Made by a program: the position numbers and the translations under genes. Below are positions 28,222-43,625 of a DNA stretch of 64,000 nucleotides, one piece after another (the first letter of the stretch is position 1; each line of letters opens with the position of its first letter). The DNA lies in NCBI GenBank assembly GCA_017499595.2, contig CM039007.1:2108001-2172000 (forward strand), in the 5' to 3' direction. The stretch is from Psilocybe cubensis (taxonomy: Eukaryota). The notes beneath the pieces are model-generated. The model did not search any database, was not told the DNA's origin, and saw nothing but the letters and a program-made list of their open reading frames with translations.

Positions 28222-28863
28222 CCAAGGTGATAGTCAGACACCAAAGCGATACTACACTACCTCTCCTACTAACTCGCGATTAACATTAAAGTTGCACAAC
28301 ACGCGTTGTTTATCATCATTTGTGCATATCGTTAAATTCTCTATCTATTCTTCGCTCATGAAATAGGCCTCAGGCGGCGATCAAGAACTTGGATTCAATT
28401 CAATCACACAGGGTATTTTCGTATTTCTTTTTTCATTCTGCTTTCATTTCATCCTGTAAGGAATACAACAAGATATGGATGGGTAGCGGGGAGATGTATG
28501 GGCGCAGTTAGAAAGAACACAGCGTACAACGAGGACAAAAGGGATGTAGAAGATAAAGAAAAGAAAGAAAACGCTGACTGGTAGTCGTGGGTTGCCGAGA
28601 AGAACGTACCAATCAGCGCATGGAAGATGAGAGAAAATCGTGGGACATGCGCAATACCATAAAGCACATCCACAAATCCAGGAACCTGTTGATATGCTGT
28701 ACAGAGATGCGCGGTCGTAAAGGCGTGAGGTCAACGAATCTGAGAGTTTTCAAGTCAGCAACACGCAAGGGAAAAGGAAGCATGGAATAAGCCGAATGCC
28801 ATATGTTTTCAGTCACGTGTACTAAAACATTGGCAGTAAAAATGAATGTACCCACCTATCAGT

Positions 28864-29716
28864 TTATTTGGTAGCGGGAGCCTCCTTGTAGGAGATGGCC
28901 TAAAAGAAACCGGATCATTAAAGAGAACCTCGTGTGAGTAGAAATAATCTTACCTGCTCCTCACCCATAGCGCTGACGATGGTGACCAAAAGGTCCTTGC
29001 CCTCGTCGAAAGCGCCCTGGATCTCCTTGCCGATATCGCCCTCGGGAACCTTGACATCGTCCTTGGTGACACCGTCGTTGGTCATGAGGTTAAGGAAACC
29101 CTCGTCGATGTTGACCTGCAACCGCGGAAAGAATCATTAGGAATGATGATTCGGCGGGAATGTGGCTGTGTGACGGCTGTGTGACTCACGAGTTGGTATT
29201 CATCACGACGGACGTTGGGGACATCCATGTTGTGGGTGGAAGGGGAGATATCTTCCTGTTTAGGGGAGGGAGGTGGGTTAATAACACGTTTCTTGATCGC
29301 ATTAGCGCCAATGGATGGGTACGAACCAACTTCTTGCCAGTGAAGATCTGAAAATGCGATTAGTATAAAAGCTCAAGGAACCTGGGGACAACGAAAGACG
29401 TACATCGATGGCGACGAGATGGACCTTGGCATGTCCGTGCTTTCCAGTCTTGGAGGTGGACATGTCAACGATCTTGCAGGGGCGGCCTGGGGAGTAGCAG
29501 TTAAGCGCCTGTACGACAAGTATTCAGGGCGAGCGATGGACGTACCCTTGATAACAACATGTCCGTTCTTGCGAAGAGCAGAGCATTGCATGGGGAAGGT
29601 CAAGGACGCGCCGGAGCCGGTCTGCGATGTGGTCGATGAGCGTACAATCGATGAAAAGAGATAGCGCGTGAACACACCTGCTCGAAGGTCTGGTTGTGCT
29701 GCTCATCGTCCGACAT
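28864..29716 (-). CDS. HYP2: Translation factor eIF5A
   Basis: [59 protein letters not shown] (hypusine motif)|[20 protein letters not shown]...|[11 protein letters not shown]. Confidence 0.97.
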
Positions 29717-29965
29717 TTTTGATTTTAAAGGAGGGGTAAGAGAAGGAGATTTCTAGGATTTGGGTCGTTGGATGAGAGAGGGACAGACGAGCGAGGAAAG
29801 ATCTAGACACAAACAGATAAAAACTCCAAAAATTTCACTCGACCAGTTCAAACTCCGATTCTTTCATTATCTAGTCGTTACGTAATACCATCAGTCGATT
29901 AATCAGGCAGGCCCCTGCTGCCTTTGACTCCTAACGACCAGACTCTCCCATTTCACAATCCATTC

Positions 29966-31717
29966 ATGCATCCCTTTGGAGGAACACAGATATGCCCAAG
30001 ATGCGGCAAGCCCGTATATCTTGCAGAACAAGTATGTTGTAGCTCCGTCCATCGTGCATTCTTCAATGCTCACTGATCAAACTATGACCTCACAGACTAT
30101 GGGTCCCGGGAGAAAGGTCCGCATACCACTTCTAGTGCAAGCGCTTATTGCATGCTCACATGTAGCAAAACTAGCTATACCACAAGGTTGGGATAACACT
30201 TGTATCTCATCTATGCTTAAATTCACTCGCCAAGTAGCCATGTCTTGCATGTACAATGTGCAACAAGAGACTTGACTCTATGACTCTGCTCGAGCATGAT
30301 CAACAGGTTTCTGCCTCCCTTTTCCTTTCATCGCTCAATCACTAACTGAATTTACAGCCATACTGGTTAGCACTGTTCTTATCCGTGTTCTTTTGACTGA
30401 ACTCACCGTTCACCACTCAGCAAAACTTGTCACCTCAAGAGCTTCGGCACGCGCGACCTACGTCATGCAAACCTACCATATGCGCAGCCTCCCGCCGACG
30501 ACGCAGCTGGAAGTGGCACACCGTCCTCACCCACATCCCCCAACTTCAGAAACAACTTTACACCCCTCCGCCCTCTGAACACCGGTGTAGGAGGGGCTCC
30601 AAGAGCCACGAGCCCCCTCCCGCGTCTCCGCCCAAACAGATCACTAGCGACCAGTCCCATTTCGTCGTCCTTCCCTCGCGGACCAAATGCTTCTGTGCAA
30701 CAGGCATTCCAGGCGTCTGCAACTGCCAACAGTCCGACCGCTGGGAGCACCAATGCGGCCACGAGTCTAAATCTACATTCTAACTCTACCTCGGACCCTA
30801 AAACCACTGATCAAGATACTAATGATAATGATAGTGCACCGCCGACAACGGACGACACAGAGGAGGCGGAGGTACACCATTCCCTTGTCGGTCCAGATTC
30901 TGTCCCCGTCAACGCCGAGACAGCAGAGACGGAGGAGGTCGATGATGTCGATTCTCTGCCAGGGGTCACAGCTGCTGCGACACCGTACCCGTCCAACACC
31001 GGCAGACCAGGAATCGGCACTATCCCCCGCACCGTCCCGCTCTATCTGAACGGGTACAACAGCAGCATCGGTGCCGGCGCCCAGCGCACACCCGTCAAAC
31101 AGCACCACCCCTCGCAAAGTCTCAGCTCGATCCCATCAAGCTCTTCTCCCACCGCTACATCACCCTCCGCGTCCTCGCCTTCGAATCTGAGCAAGGAAGC
31201 TGAAGACCTCCCGAGTAGGTATAATGCAGGCAGTATGAGCCCAAGAGGCTTCAGTAATATGATGCCCCTTGCTCCTACGGCCACTGGTACGCGGTACGGT
31301 ATTGCGCTGGGTGGTGGTCCTGGTCCTGGTCCTGGTGGGGTGGGGGTGCAAATGACGGGCACGACGACAGGCACCCCGCGCAAATGGGGCGCCGGCACAC
31401 CCCAATGTGCACGATGCGCGAAAAGCGTCTATTTCGCCGAACAGGTGTGTCTTTCGATTTAATTCACTTTCTGTTACGTTTTTGAGGTTTTGGATTGGGT
31501 TGGGTTGGGTTTTTTGGGTCTTCCATTATGCTGTTATATTTTATGTTGCGTATCATGGTTTTGGGTTTCCCCGCGTGTTGGATGTTCCTCCGTTGCGCTC
31601 GCTCGAGTTGAGCGGTGCGGTGTGGTGCGGTGTGGCGGTTACGTTAGCTTCGTGCGTTTTGTTGCTCCTAGCGCGTGTACGTATCGCGCAGGCAACCCCG
31701 GAGCGACGCGCATTGAT

Positions 31718-31748
<31 letters not shown>

Positions 31749-32394
31749 ACCCCAAAACCTCGACACGCCTTTTTTTTCGCATTTAATACCCAATACATTC
31801 GTACTGGTACAACCTTGGCCTTTCCTTTTACCTCACAATCTCGATCCCATCCCATCTCACCCTAATTCTAAACTCCCACTCAAATCTCAATTGACTTCCC
31901 TTACCTCCTCACTTACACTTACTTACTCACACACTACACACTTCCATTCCCCATTCTTTTTTTCGGCAGGTCAAAGCAGCGGGGAAAACGTACCATAAAC
32001 ATTGTCTCCGGTGCGTGGAGTGTAATACGACGTTGGACTCGAGCCGGTTGCGCGATCATGATGGAGAGCCGTTTTGTGTGCGGTGTTATGGCAAGGTGTG
32101 TGTGTTTTTTTTTGTGTTTTTGTGTTTTTTTTGGGATTTGGTGTTTTTTGGGATTTGGTCTGGACTTTGGACTTTGGACTTTTGGTGCTTTCATTCACGT
32201 TCACATTCAACTTGAACTTCAATTCTTGATTGATGCTCATGCTCATGCTGATCTTTACCCCCCTTCAATTGCCTTCTTACTTAATATTTAATACTTACTG
32301 CTTCATGACTGGCTGACTGACTGACTGGTTTAATACACAGCTACACGGTCCTCAAGGCAGCGGATACGCTCTGCTCGGGAAAGCCGGTGGTTGA
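29966..32394 (+). CDS. Two-LIM-domain (CRP/MLP-like) protein with a long S/P/T-rich linker
   Basis: LIM1 is built from micro-exons: MHPFGGTQICPRCGKPVYLAEQ|TMGPGRK|LYHK|PCLACTMCNKRLDS...|PYC|KTCH. LIM2 is CARCAKSVYFAEQ|VKAAGKTYHKHCLRCVEC...FCVRCYGK|LHGPQGSGY. Confidence 0.88.
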
Positions 32395-33258
32395 TTGCCT
32401 CTGCATCCGCGTTGGGTCTGTGTCAGTCCCAGGATTCCGGGATTCGGTCTCTGTGATAATCTGTTTCAACTCATTTGTTTTTTTTTTTCCTTTGCGAATC
32501 TACTTCTTATTCATAGTGTTTATCTACCCTTTCTGTTTGCCACTAGCAATAGTTTGTATGTGTTGTTTTCAATATGTTGTTAGTTGTTAATTGTTAGTTG
32601 TCTTTCTTTGCACGTACATTACATTACCTTGCATTTCATTACTTTGCACTACCTTGCACTGCATTGCACACACACACACACACACACTTATAACTCTACA
32701 CACACTGCAAATGGACGTTGGCTTTTACAATTCGAAACGTTTTTGTTTTTTGATTATGTATATATGCCCGTTTATTTGCAGTATCTTTTTTTTCTTTTTT
32801 TTTTTTCGTTCGATCTCGGATCCCTTGTGGCCTTGTGGCCATGGTCATTTTTTATTTATTTATGTCGTGTTTTGTGTTGTGTTGTGTTGTGGTTTTGGCG
32901 GTGGTTTTTGGCGGTGGTTTTGGCCGGGGCTTTTTTACTATTTACTTACTTTCTTTACGACTCACTTACGTACGTACGATTCAGACTTGTTCACGACTTG
33001 TTCACGAGTTTGTAACGACAACAACGATGCGCAAAAAACGGATTGGTGCTTTTATGTGTATTGGAAGGCTGTCTCCACTGACAGCCTCACTAAGCAGTCC
33101 GAAAGAAAGGACAACGATATCTTCGTTGCGTACGGCTAGATGTATATATAGCAGCGCTGGTAAGTTGGAACTCACGCTCGGTAGCGACACTTGCGATCGT
33201 GGTGGACTTTTATCGTATTTAGAATGACCGAATGGCTCGGACGACGACGATTCAGACG

Positions 33259-34260
33259 ACGCGTAGGAAAAAGAGAAAAAAAGGAAAAAGAAAAAAGAAA
33301 AAGATTGAATCTGGAAATAGTGACTCGGGCGTTTATACGTCAATTGAAGTAGCCGGAGCGAGGAACTTGTGATTTGAGGTGAGGGAACTTGAGGTATATA
33401 TGTATATATAATTTGAGTGAAATTCAACGATAACCGACGCCGACGAGGACGAGGAGGAGGAGGCGTAAGAAAAACTTGAAGAAGAAAAGGAAACTTGAAG
33501 AAAAGATGAAGGGAAACTTGAAGTAAAAGAAAAGAAAAGAAAAGAAAAGAAAAAGAGAAATCTGGAAAATGCACCGGGCATTATGGTTTACAACTTTAGA
33601 CACATGCCACGCGAAACGCAGGTAACCGCCGCGAGGACGAGGGCGAGGAAATCGAGGAACTTGAGGGACTTGAGAAAACTTGTCATTTAAGGGAACTTGA
33701 AGCGACCAATTTAATATTGAATCAAGTACTCGAGTACTCACACTTCGTAGATATTAGTGAGTGCGAGATTAAAGTACGACTATAGCACTGAGCAGCTTGT
33801 TAGCCGACGGTGAATACGCGTGCGGCGTAGGAAAGGAAAAAGAAAAGAGAAAAGAGAACAAAAAAGAGGGAAAAAAGACAACAGGAAAGAGAAGGCCCGG
33901 GAAAAGGAAACTTGAAGGAAAATTAAAAAGAGAATGAAAAAGAAAAGGAAAAGGAAACCGAGAAGGAAAAAAGGAAATTTAAAGGAAAGGAAACTTCAAA
34001 GGAAAGGAAACGAAACGAAACGAAAAAGAGGTAAAGAAAAGAACAAAAAAGAAGGAAAAAAGAACAGAAATTTCGAAACGCCCGGGTACTATAATTTAAT
34101 TATACACACGCACACACACACGCGTGCGCGAAACGAAAATTCAAGTAGCCGCAGCGACGCGCGAGGGCGAGGACGAGGAAACTTGTCATTTAAGGCAACT
34201 TGAAGCGACCAGTTCATCGTCAATTCAATTAAGTACTCGTACTCACACCTCGTAAAATAC
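33259..34260. repeat. Degenerate tandem repeats with A-rich tracts
   Basis: Units begin GCGTA(G/A)GAAA near 33260, 33463 and 33826. The block AAACTTGTCATTTAAGG.AACTTGAAGCGACCA...AAGTACTCG..TACTCACAC.TCGTA occurs near 33675 and 34178. Confidence 0.7.
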
Positions 34261-34567
34261 CAAAGTACCAAGTTCCAATAGAGCCCGAGGGTACACAGTT
34301 GCCAGTCGCACCGGCACATTTAATCTTAATCTTATAATCTTATAATGAACGAGATTTAGCTAGATTTAGTTGAGATTTGGATCTAATCTTAACTTAACTG
34401 TCAGTGTTAGTACCCAACGCCCAACTGAACGCACCCGCCCGCTTGCGCTCGCACACGTCCACGCGAGCACGCCCTCGCACGCACGCACGCACCTCATACG
34501 CGTAGCTAGCATCCCGACATACCCGCCCACGCCCTCCCGCCCACGCCCGAACACGCACGCACACACC

Positions 34568-36185
34568 TCACAGAAAAACCACGACCCTCGCACTCCCAAC
34601 CTCCCACACCGCGTCGGCGTCATCAAGCGCAAAATCGCGCTGCCGCTTGAGAGTGAGTATGCGCATTGTTTCTTTGTCTTTCTCGGTTTCGGCTGTGTCA
34701 TCATTTTCGTTGGCGTCGGCGTCGTCTTCCTGCTCCTTGGACGCGGTAGGGGTGGGGGATTTGAGCGCGGTGGCTGACGCCGACGCTTTAGGTCTACCAT
34801 TCGCTTTACCTGTACTCTTAGACGACGACGAGGAGGAGGAATAAGAACCAGCAACGCGCGCCACGATCTCCGCGTCCGACAGGCTCGTGTCGATGTCGAG
34901 TGTCGGATGGCCCGGGATGGAGAGGACGAGTCTGTTGGGCTCGATGTCGAGTGTGGATGTGGTTATTAGGGTGGGTGTCTGGTGTGTTGTGTTGTGTGGT
35001 GAGAGAGGGAGGGAGGAGGGGGTTAGAATGTGTTTGAATTGATTGGGAATGTGGGAGAAGAGGGGGAAGTGATAAGTAGCTAACAAAGACACGATAGAAT
35101 GATAACGCGAATGGCGAATGGCGAATGTGGGGAAGGAAAGAGATAATGGAAACGGCGACTTACCAGCCCAGGAACACGAACATCGATCCTCAGCCGCCCG
35201 GAAGGGGCCTCTTTCGTCCAGGACCAATCGAGCCTTGTGGACGCGGAACCGGGTGTAGCAGAGGCAGAGGAAGCGGCGCTGCTGGGCTTCTTCAGAATGC
35301 CTTTGAGCCCGGGGAGGGTCGATCCAGGCCCGCTTCCGCTTGTGGTGGTAGGCTTTGTGGCGGGCGCGCTAGATGTAGATGTAGATGAGGGGCTGATGAG
35401 GGTGCGATCGTTTGTCGGCGAGGAGGAGGGGAGTTCCTGGATGAGGGGATTCGATTTTGATGCAGGAGTCGCGGAGACACCGGCGGTGGATGGCGATGGC
35501 GATGGCGATGGGGCGCCTACGAGGGCAGGAACCATGTGCGAGGGGATGTGCACGGAACGAGGGAGCAGCTTGCCCTTGCTTGCGATGTTGGGTGTGCCAA
35601 TGTTCCGCGAGAGCTCTAGCCCCGTCTGCGCCTCGATGCGTTGCAGAGAGAGTTCTATCTCAAATGAACGGATGCACGGTGACGGTGATAGCGGGAATGG
35701 GACCCACCGACGAGAAAGATCTTGAACTCGGGATCGCGCAGCGTGCGTGATTTCACTGTAGAGTTGAATATGCAGTCAAATACCAGTGACGGGTTTCCAG
35801 CTATGTTTTTTTGTCAGTTGATGGATATGAACTGTGTTGGTGAACTTGACGCACATTTGTCCTTGTCTTGTCTTGCGTTGGACACGATGACGGGGACGTA
35901 CCAGCCAGAAGGGTTGGCATCATCGACCGCGTCCTCACCTTGCATGGCGCGCTTGATCTCCTCCTCGCTGGCGTCGGGCGGTGGGGGCACATTGGGGTCC
36001 CATGCGAGATTGACAAAGATTTTTTGACCTTTTGGAACGGGGATAGGCTGGGGAGCAGGTTCGAGGATGTTCGGAGAAGGGGATGATGCGGTGGGAGGGA
36101 GGAGGGCAGGGTTGAGTGCGGCCGACTTGATGCAGAAGCCTGGTTTTGGGGATAGCTCGATGCGTAGTACGTTTGTGGAGGACAT
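34568..36185 (-). CDS. PIH1: PIH1/Nop17 domain protein (R2TP co-chaperone)
   Basis: MSSTNVLRIELSPKPGFCIKS...KIFVNLAW...VPPP...YVPVIVS..RQDKDK|AGNPSLVFDCIFN...; C-terminal CS-like region. Confidence 0.85.
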
Positions 36186-36501
36186 TGGAGAGAGGGATGC
36201 CAAGAGATTGTATGTGAGATCGCATACAGTTAATAATAGGCGCGAGAAAAGGGGGGATCATGGGGATTTCTCCGATGAGGAATGGTCATGTGACTAGATC
36301 GATCGGACGAGTCATGGAAATGTCGGTCGGGTCGACTTTGAAAGAAAACCAGCAAACCAACGATTGGAATTTTGCCCAGTCACCGAAAATGTCCGCGTCG
36401 CATATAAATCCTTCACCCAGTGGCCCCTTCAGATTCCGTACATACCCCCTCTTCTCTCAATACCCTAGCTAAATCATCTCCCCACAGCCGTCCCTGAAGA
36501 C

Positions 36502-38550
<2,049 letters not shown>

Positions 38551-39673
38551 ATTTGTTTCTTCTCCTCTCTTCCCTGTCCTCTCCTCTCCTCTTTGCCTTG
38601 CACTATCTTTGTCTGCATTCCTGCATTTTAGATCGGTAGATCGTGAAAAAAATTAAAAGTATCTTGCTCTTTGCTCTTTGCTCTTGCTTCTTGTTCTTTA
38701 CTCTTTCTTCTTCTTCTTTGTTGCTTTTATTTTATTTTTTCTTCTCTTTTGTGTTGTTGTTATTTTTGCTTTACATCTTTCATTTCATCTTTCATCTTTC
38801 ATTTTACATTTTTACATTTTTCCAGTTCTTCAATACCTTTTTTTTCATCTTTCATCTTTCATTTTTCATTTTTCATATTCATACTACGTACACACTTTGT
38901 CATCAAAACCACAGCTACCCAACGATATACATCTTTTTGCTATCATCTATCATCTATTATCCATCTCCATCTCTATCATCGTCATCGTCAGCATACTGGA
39001 TTTTTATGATTTCTATTCATTATTCATCTTTTTTGAAGACTTTGAAGTCTGAACTTTGCTTCTTATTGCTTCTTGACTTTTGCTTTTTTTACTATCCAAT
39101 ATTTCGTCATTGCGAATTTTTCAACGAATGGACAAGTGCTTTTTTTTCTTCTTTTTGTCTTTCTTTTCAAACAAAAAAAATTCCCCCACCCCATCTGGCC
39201 TTTTTTTTTTTGGCTTCCCCTCTTTGCTTCTTCCCCCCTTTTTTTTGCTTCTTTTCATTTTTCTTTACCGTCTGCTTTTCTTTCAAAAGCTCGAAATATG
39301 AGCGAAAAAATTGTGCTTGTGCCACAAGCGCGAAAAACAAGTATAGGTACAGCTGCAGGTGTAGGTGCAGGTACAAGTACGAGCACGAGTAGAAGTGCGA
39401 GCACAACTTCACAAGATGTAGAAATAAAATTAAAAGGAACAGAAAAATGCAATGCAATGCAATTGAAATTGATTGACATAGAAACAGAAATGGAACGATG
39501 TAACATGCTCGAGTTTCTGCTACCTCAAACGAACGATATAACGATCTTGGTTTTTTGTCGCCTGCGTGTGGGTGCGTCTGTGTGGGTGGTGGTTTTTTTG
39601 GGTGGTGTGCTGATGCTTCAGTACTTCGAGCAGGTTGAAGATGGAGGTTGAAGGTTGGAGGTCAGAGGTTGTA

Positions 39674-41143
39674 TTAGAACTTGTTCCGCTCTTTTATTTT
39701 GGCGAGGGATTCTTCGGTTAATTTTGCATTGAGGGATTGCCAAATCTCGCGTGCATATTTTTCACCTGCCTGTATAATACAACAATCGATTCGGATTCGA
39801 TTCGATTCGATTCGATTCGATGGTCAGCCGCCATTTCAACGAAAGATGAGGATTGAGGATAAAAAGGAAAAGGAAAAGGAAAAAAGAACTTGGTCCGATC
39901 CTTGTCATTGTCACACACCTTGAGAAGATCGGCGAGCTGGGACGATGTGAGTTCGCTGCTGCCTAGCGTGCGCATGCCCTGGAGTTTGACGGACTGTGTG
40001 GATTCAAATGCGAAGAGGAGGAGAAGGCGGAGGGGTGTAGCGGATTCTTCTTGTGTGCTTGCGTCTAGGAAGTGGACGTTTGATACCTGTGCAAAAAGAG
40101 AACGCAATTAAAAAAAAGAAAAAAAATTGGGAACGGTTAGTGATGTCGATGTACTATGTATGGGGTGGTGGGGGTGCTGACTTACGACGTTCAGAGTGAC
40201 GCAGATGGGCCAGCGATCGCGCCCGTCGAGCGGCTCGCCTTCGTCCCAGTAGTCGGGCAGCTCAAAGTCCGTCGCGCTCTGGATCTGCCGCGTGTCGAAC
40301 CCGCTCACCGCCTCCTCATCCACATCCATATCGCCCTGTCCTTTCGCTGCCGCACTTGCCCCTACCACACCACCACCACCACCAGCAGCAGCAGCTCCGG
40401 CATTCCTACGCGCTTTATACTCAACGCTCCGCGTGCGCGGCACCCGCGTATCGCACAGCGCCGCGCGCGCAGCCATGAAAAGCGCATCGCACACGTTCCC
40501 CGAGTCGACGAGCACGACGGCGTCCAGGTGCAGCACCCATGCCTTGGCATGCTTTGTCCCGCGTAGAATGCCGAGGTTACGTGGGTGGAGAGACGGGTGG
40601 GAGAGGGACTCGTGCAGGAGCGCGGTCAGGTCGTGTTGGAGGTCGTCGAGTGCGGAGGAGGTGAGGTGCGGGTATGCGGCTGGAGAGCTTCCTTGTGGGA
40701 TTAGATGGGTTCAGTTAGTTTTTGTGTTTCAGTTTCTTTTAGGATTTGGGATTTAGGTGTTAGGTGTAGCAAGTTGTAGCGGTGATAGTGTAGGAATTTA
40801 TCGATACACATCTTTTTTTTCCAATGTGGATAAGAAAGAGAAAAACGACATACCAGGTAACAGAACACGACACCCGCCCACCTTCAACACCCGCACTGCC
40901 CGGCTCGACACTCTCCACCTCGAGTTTGGAAGCAGCGAGCACCTCCGTGCCGCCCGCCCCGTCGTGCGGGCTGCGCCCGATGCTCACGCGCGCGCTCCCG
41001 TTCGCCAGCGGCGCGACGCCCGTCTCGAGTGCGATCGCGCGGTAGTCCGCCAGCCCCCGCCCGTCTCCGCGCGAGGGAGGCGTGGATTGCAGTCCGGCTT
41101 GGATGTATGATTTTTCGGCTTTGGATAGCAAGGTGCTGTTCAT
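39674..41143 (-). CDS. RRP42: Exosome complex RNase PH-like subunit Rrp42 (EXOSC7)
   Basis: MNSTLLSKAEKSYI...RGDGRGLADYR...ANGSARV...; LHLDAVVLVDSGNVCDALFMAARAALCDTRVP; final exon AGEKYARE...RNKF*. Confidence 0.9.
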
Positions 41144-41580
41144 GGTAAGTAAATTGTTGGTGGGTTGGTGGTGGATGGAAGGGAAGAGGGATGTCGATGA
41201 TGGTTGATCGTATATGGCAAATCTAATCAATTTGTCACATTTTACGGCTTGCACCAACTTTAAAACTAATAATAATATTAGTTAGGGTTGGAGAATAGGC
41301 ACATTTACAGCTGATAATAACACCCTCGAGCCTCTATGTAAGTAGTAGTAGCAGTGAGCACAGTCCAGTCCAATTGTGGATACAGGTTAAAACAAGATGT
41401 CATGGATTTAATTCAATGGCAGGCAAAGCACGACAGCATAAAATCACTACATAAAAAGATAAAAGGCAAAGGGAGGAAAAAAAAGGTATGCAAGAAAAAA
41501 GTACTGATGATATCGCTGGACGAAAAAGACAAGCACAAGCATGGGGGAAAGAGGATAGGAGTGCGCAAAGGGTGTCACTA

Positions 41581-43486
41581 TCACTTGACACCCTTGGACC
41601 GCGAACTGACAGGGAGCGATATCAGCCCGGCGCTCCCGCTCGCCTGCACACTGCCCACCCGATTCCTACTCCGCACGACGGGCGCAAGCGGCACCTTGAA
41701 GTCCTTCTGCTCATAATCCCATGTGGCGAACAGCCGTGCGTCGGGAAGCACGGGTTTGGTGGGGGAGTCTTTCGTGTTCCCGTTGGCCGCGGGCGCGGCG
41801 TCTTTGGGTTTTGCAGCCATCGGTGTGGCTGGCACGGGGTCGGGTCCTGTTGAGACGGCGTTGGCGTTCCATGGTGCAGGGATGCCTGGGCCGTAGACTA
41901 GAGGCCTGTTGCCTCGATGTAGCACAGGTGGGTGAGCGAGACGGCTTGTGCGCGCCAAAATAGTGGGCTAAGAAAAAGTTAAAAGAAAGTGTCAGTAAAA
42001 AGCACATAGAAAACCTTGCTTATCAGCAAAGCTCAAAAAAACACACGTACAGGAAGTATATGGCGGGCAAGATCGGGGATGCGCGACGTCTGCTGGCTGA
42101 TGAATGGTGCTATCCGCTCAACTCCGGAGACTGGTCGGGATATCGTCGTAGGAAGCTTGAGATCCTTGTCGTGCCCATCACCCTTACCCTTCGAGTCGCT
42201 GGCCCCCGGTGTATCTCCAATTGCTATGGGATAGGAGGGGCCGATGGTTGCCACTCTAGGAGCACAGGGTCCCACACTCCCGAAAAGTGTGTCTGATGGA
42301 TTCCACCGGGGATTTGTCTGAGAGAGATGGATGAGAGCCATGGCGACTTTATGACGCGATGGATTCAGAGGAGGAAGTTCCGGTGGAGGGGGATGTGTGA
42401 GGATGTGATGATATGCTGTTAGAAGCGAAGGTTCAATCTGGGGTATTGATGGACGGTTTTGTCGTACGGGAGGAGGAGGAGGAGGAGGTCCAGAGGGTAG
42501 ATGCCATTCTGGAACAGATGAGAGCGATGATTGGGAGTAAGGGACCTGGACAAGTATGTCTGAAGCAGCAGCGGTCGTTAGAGATTGGGAAAGGGTCATA
42601 GATGGTTTTTCTGGGACGGTGGACGTGGACTCGGGTATTTGGATAGGAGGGGGCATCTTAGGTTGAATATGTGGAGCAGGGGCATGGTCGAAAGAAGGAG
42701 AAGACGGGCGATCGCCTGAAAGGTCTGGAAATGGGGGCAAAAAGCTCGGTATGTGTTCTGGGGGCTCCCAGTTGGATGCACGGACACGCTTTCTTTGAGG
42801 AGAAGACGGGTTGGAGATGGGGGATAAAGGCAACGGGGGTGTATTTTGTCGCGACGGAGGCCGTTTTCGCGATAGGACGCCCGTAAGAATGGAGGATGAG
42901 TCGACATCCATGTCGCTGTTCGCATTGGGCATGTTATGTTGTGGCAGAGCATCTGCTTCGCTCCCTTCTTCCTCACCCGAGGCATCTGCATCTTCGTCTT
43001 CGTCTTCATCCTCCCCTTCGCTTTCTTCGAGTAGATGGCTCGGACACCACGCGTACTCCAGTGGAATAGCATCATCACGATCCTGCCGCAGTCCGTCGGC
43101 CAGTTGAGCTAAAGAATATGAGACACTGGGGCAGCGCATCATAGTAATCGACGAGGCTTACATCTGAATTCATGCAGATCCTCCACTCGTCTCGCTGTGT
43201 AGAGAGCATAACGGTTAAGCTCCTTGCCCTCCGTCGCGCAGTAGTCGCTCAACTCCTCGACGCTGACCCCAAGTTCATTCAGAGCGCCCATAGCATCCCT
43301 AACTGAGAGCCCCGTCCTTCCTGCATGCTGTGCGTATTTTGCGCATGTTGATGTCAGCAAGGCCATGTACCGAGACAGAAGATCGGTGAGGACAGAGGAG
43401 GCCTGGCTGGAGGACCGGGAAAATGCATGGGCGTGGAGGGTCCGCTGGACAGCAGATTCGAGGAGTTTGTGGGCGCCGCTTTCCAT
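41581..43486 (-). CDS. Bromodomain-associated (Bromo_TP) histone-fold protein, TAF8-like
   Basis: N-terminal histone fold MESGAHKLL...VLTDLLSRYMALL...AQHAGR, plus a TAF8-type PPEHIPSFLPPFP motif. Confidence 0.75.
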
Positions 43487-43625
43487 GAAAGAGGGCGTTC
43501 CAACGAGGACGATGGCTAAGAGCAGGTGTAGCTGACCGTCCAGCCGGCAAATGCAACTATTTCCCACGGTCCCGTACCTATGATGTTGCCCACTCAGACA
43601 TTATCCCTGTCTATTCATAACCACC

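Noticed and set aside
33934-34203. Lys/Arg-rich 89-aa ORF as a protamine-like or ribosomal protein
   Set aside because: It is the translation of an A-rich tract within the degenerate repeat.
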